A DNA stretch of 61,743 nucleotides, counting the filler, from Platydemus manokwari (Eukaryota), in the NCBI GenBank assembly GCA_037951405.1. It is 5 parts of 5 records of this genome, joined end to end, with 100 filler letters (N's around TTAATTAATTAA, not from the genome) between each part and the next. Parts side by side here need not be neighbours in the genome. Positions count along the whole stretch, not along the records: positions 42,273 to 61,743 come from JBBMOY011911385.1; 4 more parts are not named here. One strand, given 5' to 3'. The notes below the pieces were generated by a model. The model did no database searches. It saw only the letters and a list, made by a program, of their open reading frames with translations, and had not been told where the DNA came from. Each line of letters begins with the position of its first letter. The stretch's first letter is position 1. The translations under genes and the position numbers were made by a program. Below are positions 46,109 to 57,500 of this stretch, piece by piece.

Positions 46109-49100
46109 TCAGTGTTTACTATCGATATAAAATTCAACAGAAATATTATCAGGTAATTCTGAAGGTAACTGGTTAATTTTTCTGTCTTTAGGCAATGGTT
46201 TTGGAATATTGGGAACTGGTATGTACTTCTTATTGACAGTGGTCGATTTTGTAAACTGCTTGCTTATTAAGTCATTGATTCTAGAAACAGTAATTCCATT
46301 AATTGGTTTTCCACTTTTCTTTATCATCTTGTTAGATTCGTATCCACCTCGACGATCTTCTTTTTGTTTTTTACACACTGAACCATTTCGTTGAGATTTC
46401 GATGTACTAACACTTGAAGTAGGACTTGATAACAGTAGCGACTCAGGAATTAACTGACGGGGAATTTCAAAACGATCGCAACGATAATTGGAAAATTTCG
46501 ATTCTAAAGCCTTCATCACAGCTATAAAATACGGTGGTGAAACCATCGCACCAATTAATTTACGCCCATCATGGAGTTCTATCCGGCTTATAAGACATTT
46601 TCTGATGACAGAACCTATTGATTTAAAAGCAGAAAAAACAGCCCCAGTTATAAGATAACTTGTTTTTGTTCGTTGACCGTAAGAACAAAATCGTTTCGGA
46701 CAGTTTTCATTGCAAATATTATGCAGGCAACGTAATCTACTCTCGTCATATACATACTCCCAATCTTTTTTAATATCACATGCTTCACTTTTTTCCCACA
46801 TTGATTCGAAAGATTCTTTGCTTATAGTCTTTTCCGGAAAATTCGGAGTAATTAATACCAACTCATTCGACGACTTGTAAATTGCCAGTGCCAAAAACAG
46901 ATTTTCAAAATTTTTCGATACGCAAAAGAGATTATTGTTCGTGTCAGCAGAATATATTTTAAATGCTTTTTCCCACGACACTCCATCTTCGACATTAATG
47001 ATCTTATGAATCTTGATTATTTCTTCATCGTTTGTGGAAGCTTCATTGAAAATAACCGTTTCTTCTACATATACAGTATCTTGTTCATTGACAACATCTC
47101 TGATTCCATAATCGAATTCGTTTCGAGCTTTGGCTTTCTGTGATTCATTTTCTATTATGTCAAGAAAATATTGGAATAAAGCATTCTGCATATCAATATC
47201 AATCCCAAGGATTCTATTCAAAAATTTCGTTACGGTCATATGTTTAGTTTCGTGCAAACCAACATTCTTTAAGGTTTGCTGAGCGATACTACGAAAAGTT
47301 ACGTTATTATTTCCATATAAATGTAGATACCCAGTAGGAAATGGAACAGTAGGAGACTCGCTCCTATTAATAGACTGAATCAAATGATAAATAGCTTTTA
47401 ATCCTAATTCGTTATCAAAGTTAAATTGAGCAAAGTCTTTATTGTTCGCACATCTTCTATCACCATGGGTTAAGGCTCCCAAACACTCTAAACGTTTGGC
47501 AATTGTCGAAGCAAATCTTCGTTCACCTGCTAAATCCGATATGAGAAATACGTAATGAGGAGAAATGACTTGATTAGAACGATGAGTACGTCCAAATTGT
47601 TGAACTGCTTTATCTGCAGACCATGGTAATTCAAGGGTAATATGAAATCTTTGACGATTGTTTTTAAACCTCTTATCAGAGTGAAGAGAAATGCCTGTAC
47701 TAGCAGCATCGGATATAATAGCAATAGGCTTTTCACCATTATTGAATCTGTCTTTTTCCATTAAATTTATTTGATCAATAGCGACATCAGCTTCTTTTCT
47801 TGGTTGATATGAAATACAACCTTTATTTTCCAATATTCTGCCTTTACGACCCGTCATTTCTGCAACCATGTTTGGGCCTCCTAATTCATGAATCAGTTGA
47901 TCCAATGCATTAAAAGGAAACATGCTGTCAATATCCTCAATTGTTTTTAACATGTTTTGCTTAATCTGATTATCTAAAGACGAATTTTCATTTTTGATTC
48001 TCACAGATTGAGGAATGTATGCACTATTATCTTCATTGATAAATATAACATCATCGTCTACATCATTCTCAGTTATGTATGACATCACTGACTCCCTAGT
48101 ATTACTCTTGTTAAAACTTTCGAAATATTCTTCTAATTCTGTGTCGCTTTCAGTTTTCTGTTTCTGATCTCTTAATTTCTGATTTTTTCTTAATTTCGAT
48201 TTTTCTCTATTTTTTACAAGATTTTGAACACTCGGATAATGGTTTTCTATGAGATTTTTAATAACTCCTTTTGCGCTTGAAACAAAATCAAATATATCCC
48301 TCGTGGATTCTTCTAATATGTCCAAAGTTTGTGCTTCACCAGTCGACTGTAGACCAATCACAACACATTTATCTCCCTCCTTAATTTTTGATTGAACAAT
48401 TTTCACGCACTGTTGAATTTTGCCTGCAATGCATAGGTATTTAAAAAATCTCTGATGCGCTGACCAAAATTGAGCTTCGAAAATATTTTCATCTTTTTCG
48501 GTAGACTTATTTCTTTCAAAAGCCTCTTTGAAGCATTTATATATTGAATTCCACACCTCGACACATTTGTTGTAAACATCTTTAAATTTATGACCGTTTA
48601 TAGATGAATTAGAGATTGGTAAGTTTAGAATTTCAAACTCAACACCTTGAAAACTGAGTTGCCGAGCTAAATAAATCCCTTTAGTTTTCATTTCTATAGC
48701 AATAAGTTCCATCGCTCCGACACCTAACGATGTCAACGTGCTCTCAAAATCCTCAAATTCCGAAAATCTCTTACCAGGCCCCCACAATCCCAATCTCACC
48801 ATATATGCCATATGTTTCGGCTCCGATGCTCCAGTAGCACTGGCATACACCACACGGGCAAATCTCAGTCGTTCTTGCAACTTTTTCACAATAGCACCAG
48901 TTTTGGTTTTGTTGTTTTGATGCAGATTTTTCGCTTTATGACATTCATCAAATACAATCACTCCATCATAATCTTCTCCAAACCAATCAATTATTTGATC
49001 CAATCGTTTTTTAAATATATAACCATCTTCTTTCTTACTTTTACTAATTAATGATGAATAAGAAACAAATAAAACCCCTTCATTAAAATGACCATTTTCA

Positions 49101-50011
49101 TTGCTATCGATCTGATTGTAGGTCATTTTATTCAAAGCTGCTACTTTAATGTGAGTTTTAATCGGTTTGCCAATATCGCCCAAATCCCGTTCAGCATCTT
49201 GTTTCAAATCACTCGACACCGATATCCAGATGGATTTCTTTCGACCATGTAAATGATTCTCTAAAATAATGCCTCCAATTGTTCGACCTTTACCAACACC
49301 AGCTCCATCGCCGATGAGAAATCCCAATCGTTTATCGTCGTAAAAATCTTCATCGTGCTTTTGACACGCATAAACAACGGCTTCAAGTTGAACATTGGAC
49401 AGAATTCCTTTGTCGATGATCTTTTTTGGTAGTTTCAATTTATACGTTATATCTGGAACTTCGGCACTTACCAAAGATCTTGATTCAACTACCATGTATG
49501 GATGTGGTTTACCGATTTTTAGTTTGGCTGGTTCATAATTCCTGTATGCCTCATTATGTATCAATTCAGCAAATTCTCTATTTTCAAAACCATAATCTCT
49601 ACTAGAAGTTTGCTTAAAAAAGCTTGACGGTTTATGTTGCTGGAATTTATTGATCGATGGTATATTGAATTCGGTTTTCATTTTTTTAGAATTTAAATGT
49701 TTCCTTCTTATTAAATCAGTCGATTGCCTTTTTCTAGATGGTATCGTAGTCATGATTTCAATAATTTGTTGATCTACAGCAACTGCTTTTGCACTAATAT
49801 CAGGATTTTTTTCCAAAATTTTATTTAAATCCATTATAGATAAATAAACATTGGAAACATTAATATTCGTTACTGATGTTGGCGTAGGAATATCATTTAA
49901 GCCATCCATTGATAAATAACCGTTGGAAATATTTTGATCCAAAACTGACATTGTCGGAGTAGTATCGTTGACATCAGATTTTATTGTCGTGAGATCATCA
50001 AATAAATCCAT
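46109..50011 (-). CDS. SBNO: Strawberry notch homologue, paralog A (1300 aa, single exon)
   Basis: Uninterrupted ORF, ATG at 50011. SBNO family motifs: HPxxVVES, QLEAVVYACQKH, Walker A GFLIGDGAGVGKGRT, Walker B FDECHKAKN, YASATGASEP, QFWSAHQRFFKYLCIA, VIGLQSTGEA, VAEMTGRKGR, GISLHSD, ITLELPWSADKAVQQFGRTHRSNQ, FLNRILG. Confidence 0.97.
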   Translation of the reverse strand: MDLFDDLTTIKSDVNDTTPTMSVLDQNISNGYLSMDGLNDIPTPTSVTNINVSNVYLSIMDLNKILEKNPDISAKAVAVDQQIIEIMTTIPSRKRQSTDLIRRKHLNSKKMKTEFNIPSINKFQQHKPSSFFKQTSSRDYGFENREFAELIHNEAYRNYEPAKLKIGKPHPYMVVESRSLVSAEVPDITYKLKLPKKIIDKGILSNVQLEAVVYACQKHDEDFYDDKRLGFLIGDGAGVGKGRTIGGIILENHLHGRKKSIWISVSSDLKQDAERDLGDIGKPIKTHIKVAALNKMTYNQIDSNENGHFNEGVLFVSYSSLISKSKKEDGYIFKKRLDQIIDWFGEDYDGVIVFDECHKAKNLHQNNKTKTGAIVKKLQERLRFARVVYASATGASEPKHMAYMVRLGLWGPGKRFSEFEDFESTLTSLGVGAMELIAIEMKTKGIYLARQLSFQGVEFEILNLPISNSSINGHKFKDVYNKCVEVWNSIYKCFKEAFERNKSTEKDENIFEAQFWSAHQRFFKYLCIAGKIQQCVKIVQSKIKEGDKCVVIGLQSTGEAQTLDILEESTRDIFDFVSSAKGVIKNLIENHYPSVQNLVKNREKSKLRKNQKLRDQKQKTESDTELEEYFESFNKSNTRESVMSYITENDVDDDVIFINEDNSAYIPQSVRIKNENSSLDNQIKQNMLKTIEDIDSMFPFNALDQLIHELGGPNMVAEMTGRKGRILENKGCISYQPRKEADVAIDQINLMEKDRFNNGEKPIAIISDAASTGISLHSDKRFKNNRQRFHITLELPWSADKAVQQFGRTHRSNQVISPHYVFLISDLAGERRFASTIAKRLECLGALTHGDRRCANNKDFAQFNFDNELGLKAIYHLIQSINRSESPTVPFPTGYLHLYGNNNVTFRSIAQQTLKNVGLHETKHMTVTKFLNRILGIDIDMQNALFQYFLDIIENESQKAKARNEFDYGIRDVVNEQDTVYVEETVIFNEASTNDEEIIKIHKIINVEDGVSWEKAFKIYSADTNNNLFCVSKNFENLFLALAIYKSSNELVLITPNFPEKTISKESFESMWEKSEACDIKKDWEYVYDESRLRCLHNICNENCPKRFCSYGQRTKTSYLITGAVFSAFKSIGSVIRKCLISRIELHDGRKLIGAMVSPPYFIAVMKALESKFSNYRCDRFEIPRQLIPESLLLSSPTSSVSTSKSQRNGSVCKKQKEDRRGGYESNKMIKKSGKPINGITVSRINDLISKQFTKSTTVNKKYIPVPNIPKPLPKDRKINQLPSELPDNISVEFYIDSKH

Positions 50012-51676
50012 AATTAATTTTCATAAATATTGTTACTAAAACGAATTATTTATTTTTAATTAAAAATATCCAAAACATAACCCGTTAAAAATATTAAAAA
50101 TTAATTAATTTTTTATAAGGTTTTATATATTATTTTTTAAAAATTTGTAATTTAATTTTTTAACGTTTGTTTTTTAAAATTAATTGAATATATTAATATT
50201 AGTACCATATTATAAATTGAAAAATATTTTTATAATTATTCACTGATATTTTTTATTATTTTTTAATCAAATTTTATAAAATAAAACAATTTCACAAATA
50301 TTTTTGCTAGTATGGTATCATAAGTATTATCAAATCAATTAGAATCTTATTTCCAATATATCAATATTTCAATTCAACTCTTTTATCAAGATTCTATCAT
50401 GATTCTTCATGATTTTGTGATTAATTTTAGTATCATATAATTAAATTTTATTGAAACTAAAGATTTTTAATATAAGGATCTATCATTTCGTAAATTAATG
50501 TCGATTAAGTTGGCTCAATTTCTCAACATTTTTTATCTGTTCTCTCACAAAAACATTTAAGTTTAAAAGTTATTACTACTGATTTACATTGAAAATTGAT
50601 CACTACTAATTTAATTAAATACGTAATTTTAATTAATGAAAAATGAAAATGCTTCTAATTTCCACGTTAAAATTAATTAAATTATATTACTGATTTTCAA
50701 AAGTATAATTTTTTCATCAAATTTTTTATATTATAAAGATATTTTCAAATATTAACTTTAAACTTTTTATTTTAAATTTTATTTAAAATGAATTTCAATT
50801 TTTTAATTTGACTTGTTTTCAGTTATAATTTCTATTATATGATTTAATTTTATTTGTTTTACTTTATTGTGGTTCAGTGAATTCTATTTAAAGTGTAAAA
50901 TAAATTTTATTTTAATTTCGCGATTCATTTGTATTTGTGTAGGTGTGGAAGATTTTTAATTTATTTTCAGTAAATGGTAAATTTAAAAAAAATCGCTTAA
51001 TAGTTTTCAAAATATAATTTCATTAATGTTGCAATTTATATTTTTAAAGTGCATAAATCTTCATTAATTAGTTTACGTCTTATATTAAATAATTAATTAA
51101 TTAGAGTGTGTAATATATTCTCATTCAAGATATCTATTTTATATCTATCCATATGAAAATCTTGTAACTGTTGTAGGGATTCAAATTTACTGTTAAATGT
51201 TTTCTCATAATTAGAGTTGAATGAAATGATGTCGGGCTTTTAATTATCATTAACTCCGACGAATAAAAGGTCATTTATCGGGAAATTATATTACTTATGT
51301 TTTCTGTTCGCACTTCTGTGAATTTTTTTTACAAAAATCATATCTTTTGTAATATATGTGCTTTCATCACAACGTTTTTCTAAGCAAAAATATTAAAATG
51401 TTGTGAAATGGTAAATTTTTCTTGAACAGTTTTTATCGTGTTCAATGTGCGGTATTATATAATGTTTTCGTCTTGCTTCAAAAATCCATTTTGAGGTCAG
51501 AAGCATTGCATTCTACGAAATATATTAATGGAATTTTATTTGTGCCCAACTTGATAATAGCAAAGAACAAATCAACAATAATTTATTGATAAATTATTCC
51601 TTAAATTAATATGAAAAGTTCATATTTTATGATTCAAACAAAGATCTGATATGATACGTGTCACAATATTAACGGG

Positions 51677-51698
51677 ATAATAATAATAATAATAATAA
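51677..51698. repeat. (ATA)n microsatellite
   Basis: ATAATAATAATAATAATAATAA read directly. Confidence 0.8.
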
Positions 51699-54514
51699 CA
51701 AAATTACAATAATAATATTTATAAAATATAATAAGAATTAACTAAAGCATAGTGTTGAAGTTAGGTACAGTAGATGTAGTGCCCTGAATATGGGTAGCAA
51801 TGGCTGGGGAGACTGATGGTAATCTACCTCTAAATAGAAGGTAATTTTAAAATCCCAACAAATTCAGTAGAGCTTTGAATGAGGTTCATAAGTAATAATT
51901 CATTACTAATCCATATCGGAGATTGATGTGAATAGAATAATACGAGATATAAAAATTGAATTTACCATATTGAGCATATAATGCGATTGAAATTGATCAA
52001 TAATGTTTATCTTGCGAATAGACACTTGATTAATGTACTATTTTCCTGCTCGCGAAGTGTTGTTTACGAATATGAAAATTTCTGAGTCAGCTAACGTTGT
52101 ATATGAATCGAGAATTATTTGTGCGCATTTCTGTTAAACTGGGTTGTTTATATAATGTTTACATTCTCGCCAGAATGACTAATTTTCCATATTTTTAATC
52201 TGTATTATGGTAGAGCCGTCAGAGCTAGTGATTTATTTTTTGTTTCAAAAATTAATTATCAAACCAGAATTAAAATTTCATCTGATTCGATAAAATCCAT
52301 TAAAAAATTTTTTACGATGGTCAATTTTAAAATCGTATTGTTATTTTCTTGTTTCTAGTACTTTATGTAGTGGAATTCTATTTCATGATTCTAATAGATT
52401 TAAATCAACAAGATATTCCCGATGATTCGAACCGCTAATAATTTATAAGTAGTCAGTAGCTGAAAATTAATATTTTCAACAATGGACAATATAAAACTTT
52501 TATTGATTATAATAATAATTAACAAACAAAGCAATACCGCGACCCCGAGAATGGAAAATCGACATAGGGTACTACATGGCGCCATACTTTGATGTAAAAA
52601 CTAAAGAAGTACGTGATTTTTAACACCAACAAATTATAATATGACCTTGGAGAGAATACCATTAATATTTCTGAACTAATCTCCTGTAGAGGATTAATGA
52701 GAATAAACTGATAATAATATTATTAATAGTTACCATTGTAGTAAAATTTTAATTAATATAGATTCCAATATGAATGGATTTAGATGTTAGCTGAATAATG
52801 GATAACCTGGCCTAAATTGAAACAGATTCTAACTGAGTTACAATCAAAATTAATACTAATATATTCCAAATGCGTGAATTAAAATTGAGGGAATCCGAGT
52901 GACGTCAATTGTGATGAGAAATTTTGTGCAAATGAATTTTGATTGCTTCTACTCTTATACTGTTTCAGTTTGTGGGTGTTTACAGGACTTATTACTCATT
53001 TTACATTTTCTATAGCAATTCTCTAAGTTGCCGTAGTAATTTCAGATTTAAATTCGGATTACTATGCTTACATCTACCATTTCCATGACAACACATATTA
53101 ATCATGGTTACTAATTTATTTTCCCGAAACTTTAAAAACAATGTATTTTATATTTACCAATTTTTTTTAATGATTACTTAAAATTATATGTATTTTATTT
53201 ATGATTATAATATAATGTAATTGTGTATATTATACGATACCTATATGTATATCCAACCAATGTGTAATGACAACCTCAAGTAAAAGTGGCATAAAATTAT
53301 CATCAAGGAAGTTGATTGACTACTCATAGCTACAGGACATCTTCTAGAAATAGTTTTAACAACAGCGTCTCGTTACATTTGACGCTTGCATTCTTCTGCA
53401 AAAAATAACAATCGAAGAAATACATGTTATTGTACGACTGATCTATCGCACATATAATCACTGTTGTATTTTCAACAAACCTTAGTTTATTCCATTTTAT
53501 TGATTTATATCGCAACCAATAATTTAAAAGGAATAAGTTTACTGTTGATGCAATCCAACATCGCAATAAATAGAACTCGTGACTAACAACAGATGTAAAC
53601 CCCCATCATAATATTGATTTCACTTATATTATTAATAAATTCCATTGATGAAGAATAAACCTTTCAATAATAATTAATGAAAGAAAGTAAATTCCAACAT
53701 AATTAGAATAAATGAAATATGAACGAGATTTTTAAGCGTTTATCAAAAATTCACTTATTTTTATTCTGAAGTATCTTTTCATGTGACCAGATAGGCCAGC
53801 AGTGTGGTCCAAAATATTATAGGATGAAATAATTATTTTAAGCAACCGTTAGAGAGTTAAGTTTATAAAATACAATTTCGGTTTTTCATATGTTAGCATA
53901 AATAAAAGTACTGGTACTTCAGAACAGGCATCACAATAATTATTGCATCAACATTACTTAACGGTAAAATCTGGCATATTACAGCATTTCATTGGGTTAA
54001 AAAATTATTATTTATCTGTGATGAATTGCATTTGACTATGTGATCAATAACTTTAGATTAAGCCGAATTACAATTATCCGTCAATAATAAATATTATTAT
54101 TTCTGATTTCTAAAGATGATAAATATTTAAAGATATTTTTTCATTATAATTAATATAAAATTATAAATCATATAAAAATCACCGTACTTGATAACTGCCT
54201 ACACGTAGTCAAGAGTAGTCAGGGAGTGTCTAATAAAACATTTTTATTGTAATATCACTACTAAATTTGTTTTTATGATATACCTTGAAATTATTATTAA
54301 TTTTGTTTCTCATTCCAATTTATATATTCAACCACGATATTCGATTATGTTGATTCAATAATAGGACTCGTCGATTAATATATGTTATTCAAAAAAAAGC
54401 TCGACCATCCATCGATATGATTCAAAAGGAAATCTTTGAAGAGCGAGTCCCAAATTAAAAGAAAATAATTTATTCATCGAAAAATTTCCCATAAAAAGAT
54501 AAAAATATTATACA

Positions 54515-57500
54515 TTATAAATCTTCTTCCGATATAAAATTGACAATCAAATTCGGAAATTGATAACCCTTATAATTTTGATTGTTAGCCTCTATTTTTC
54601 TTTCTGTTTTGGTAATATTTTTTTTATCATTCGTCCCTTTCACATCTTTTGATGCAATGATTTGGTTTGATTTATTCGTTGATTTCGTTAATTGAGCTCT
54701 AACAATATCATTGATTCTCGAATAATCCAATTGAACTGAATTCACGATTTTCTTCGATTTTTTCTTTGAACCCGAGCTTGGTTCAGATTTGATTTTACCA
54801 GATGATTCCAACTCCTCCGTTGGCAATTCTTCCTTCGATTCTGGCATTTGTTCCATTGGAATGTGTTGTATGGTTGGAACACTATAACCCATCTCTAAAG
54901 CATTCATCACAACTTTATGATATGGTCCCGGTACCAGTGCTCCAATCAGTTTCGTTTTGTCAAATAATTGCACTCGAATTATTTCCAATTTCCTATTAAT
55001 ATGTGCTTTGTCAATCTTTTTCAATGCCAACAATACAGCTCCAGTAATGAGATAATTTATCTTCGTCCTTTTCCCATCCGTACAATTTCTGTGAGCACAT
55101 TTCGTTTTGAATATCTGATGAATACATTTGGTTTTGCTTTCTCCATAAATGAACTGCCAATCATTTTGAATCATTTTCGGTTCCGTTTTGTCCCACACCG
55201 TTTTTAACAAAACTCCATCGATTTCCTTTGTCGGATAATTTGGTCTCATCAGTGAATAAAACCCATTATCATTATATTCAGCAAAAGCCAATAATTGAAT
55301 CTTATTATCTTTCGTTGATTTCGATGTGTAGAAATGATTGGTTCTCGTATTGATCTGATATCGATCCATAACTGATTCCCACGAACTACCGGTAGTGTTT
55401 TCGATTTTATTCACCACTATATCATCATTATCATATCTGGAATCCGTTTTGAATGTATGTGATTCCATCACATAAACATTATCATGATCATTCATTAAAT
55501 CTCTGATGCCATGATCAAACTCATTACGACATTTTGCTTTTTGCGATTCGTATTCGATAATATCGAGAAAATATTGAAACAACGCATTTTGCATATCTAG
55601 TGCCATACCAAGAATTCTATTCAAGAATTTCGTCACGCTTAAAAATTTAATTTTATTCAATCCAACACTGGCCAATGCATCTTGAGCACATTGTCTGAAT
55701 GTTTGGATATCATTGTGATATAATTTCATATATTGTTCCGGGAAAGGAACAACACCAGTTTCTTTATTAATTAATGAATTAATCAAATTGTGAAGTGCTT
55801 TCAAACCAATCTCATTATCTAAATTAAACTGGCTCAAATTCCGTGAATTATCACACCTTCTATCACCATGGGTTAAAGCTCCAAGTGATTCCAATCTCTT
55901 AGCAACCGTTGCTGCGAAACGTCGCTCACCAGCTAAATCGGATATCAGAAACACATAATGCGGACTGTTAACTTGATTCGAACGATGAGTACGACCGAAT
56001 TGTTGGATTGCTTTATCAGCTGACCATGGCAGTTCAAGAGTGATATGGAATCGTTTCCTTTTGTTTGCAAATCTTTTATCGGAATGCAACGATATACCAG
56101 TACTGGCAGCATCGGAAATTATCGAATAAAGCTTTTCTCCACTGTTAAATAAATCCTTTTCAATGATATTGGTTTGATCAACGCTATGATCTTCTAATTT
56201 TCTCTGTTGAAATGAAATGATTCCATTCTTTTCAACCATTCTACCCTTACGCCCAGTCATTTCAGCCACTTTATCAGGACCGCCCAACCCAAAAATCAAT
56301 TGATCTAAAGCATTCAATGGAAACATGCTGTCAATTTCTTCCACAGATTTCAACATTCTCTGTTCACCATCATCATCTATTGAAAATTTTCCATCATATC
56401 TCGGTGTTGAACTGTTACTATGGCAACCGTTTGTGGTTAAAATTGGAGAATTCGAATAATTGTCTTCACTATCAATATCACCATTGGAATCTTTAGATTT
56501 CATATGTTTCAAACTCCTTTTGGCTTTGTTTTTTTCCATATTTTTCACGCTCGGATAATGATTCTTGATGAGATTTTCCACGACACCTTTGGCTGTCGAT
56601 ACAAAATTATCACAACTCCCACTCGTCTCATCCAATGCATCCATGGTTCGTGCTTCACCGGTCGATTGCATGCCAATCACCACACAATTCCCATTGACAT
56701 TCACTTCATGTTTCGATATCCGAACACATTCTTCCACTTTACCAGCAATGCAGAGATATTTGAAGAATCGCTGATGCGCCGACCAAAACTGTGCCTCGAA
56801 ATTGGTTTCATCTTTCTCATCCAATCGATTCCGTTCGAATGCATCATTGAATTCCTTGTAGATATTATTCCACACTTCAACACATTTATTGTAGACATCT
56901 TTAAACCGATGACCATTGATGGTGGAATCTTCGATTTGGATTTGTTTGATTTCACAATGGACATTCTGAAAGCTCAATTGTCGTGCCAGATAAACGCCAT
57001 TCTTTTTCATTTCTATGGCAATCAATTCCATCGCTCCGACACCCAACGATGTCAGCGTGCTCTCAAAATCCTCAAATTCCGAAAATCTCTTCCCCGGTCC
57101 CCACAATCCCAATCTCACCATATATGCCATATGTTTCGGTTCCGATGCTCCAGTAGCACTGGCATACACCACACGGGCAAATCGCAATCGCTGTTGCAAC
57201 TTTTTCACGACGGCACCAGTTTTGGTTTTGTTGTTTTGATGCAGATTTTTCGCTTTATGGCATTCATCAAATACAATCACTCCATCATAATCCTCACCAA
57301 ACCAATCAATCATTTGATCCAATCGTTTCTTGAATCGATAAACACCACCACCACCACCACCGCTACCCCCATCACCACCCTCACCAGCATCTTTTTTGCT
57401 TTTACTTATCAATGATGAATAAGAAACAAATAAAACCCCTTCATTAAAATGACCATTTTCATTGCTATCGATCTGATTGTAGGTCATTTTATTCAAAGCT

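Noticed and set aside
46080-54474. AATAAA signals ~25 and ~40 nt after the two SBNO stop codons (46080-46085, 54469-54474) as proof of poly-A sites or retroposition
   Set aside because: The hexamer is very frequent at this AT content; no genomic poly-A tail or target-site duplication is visible, so retroposition remains an inference.
56504-57415. 303-aa + strand ORF as an independent gene
   Set aside because: Lies wholly antisense to SBNO paralog B; its F/I/H-rich sequence is a typical shadow frame, and the homologous region of paralog A is interrupted by stops.
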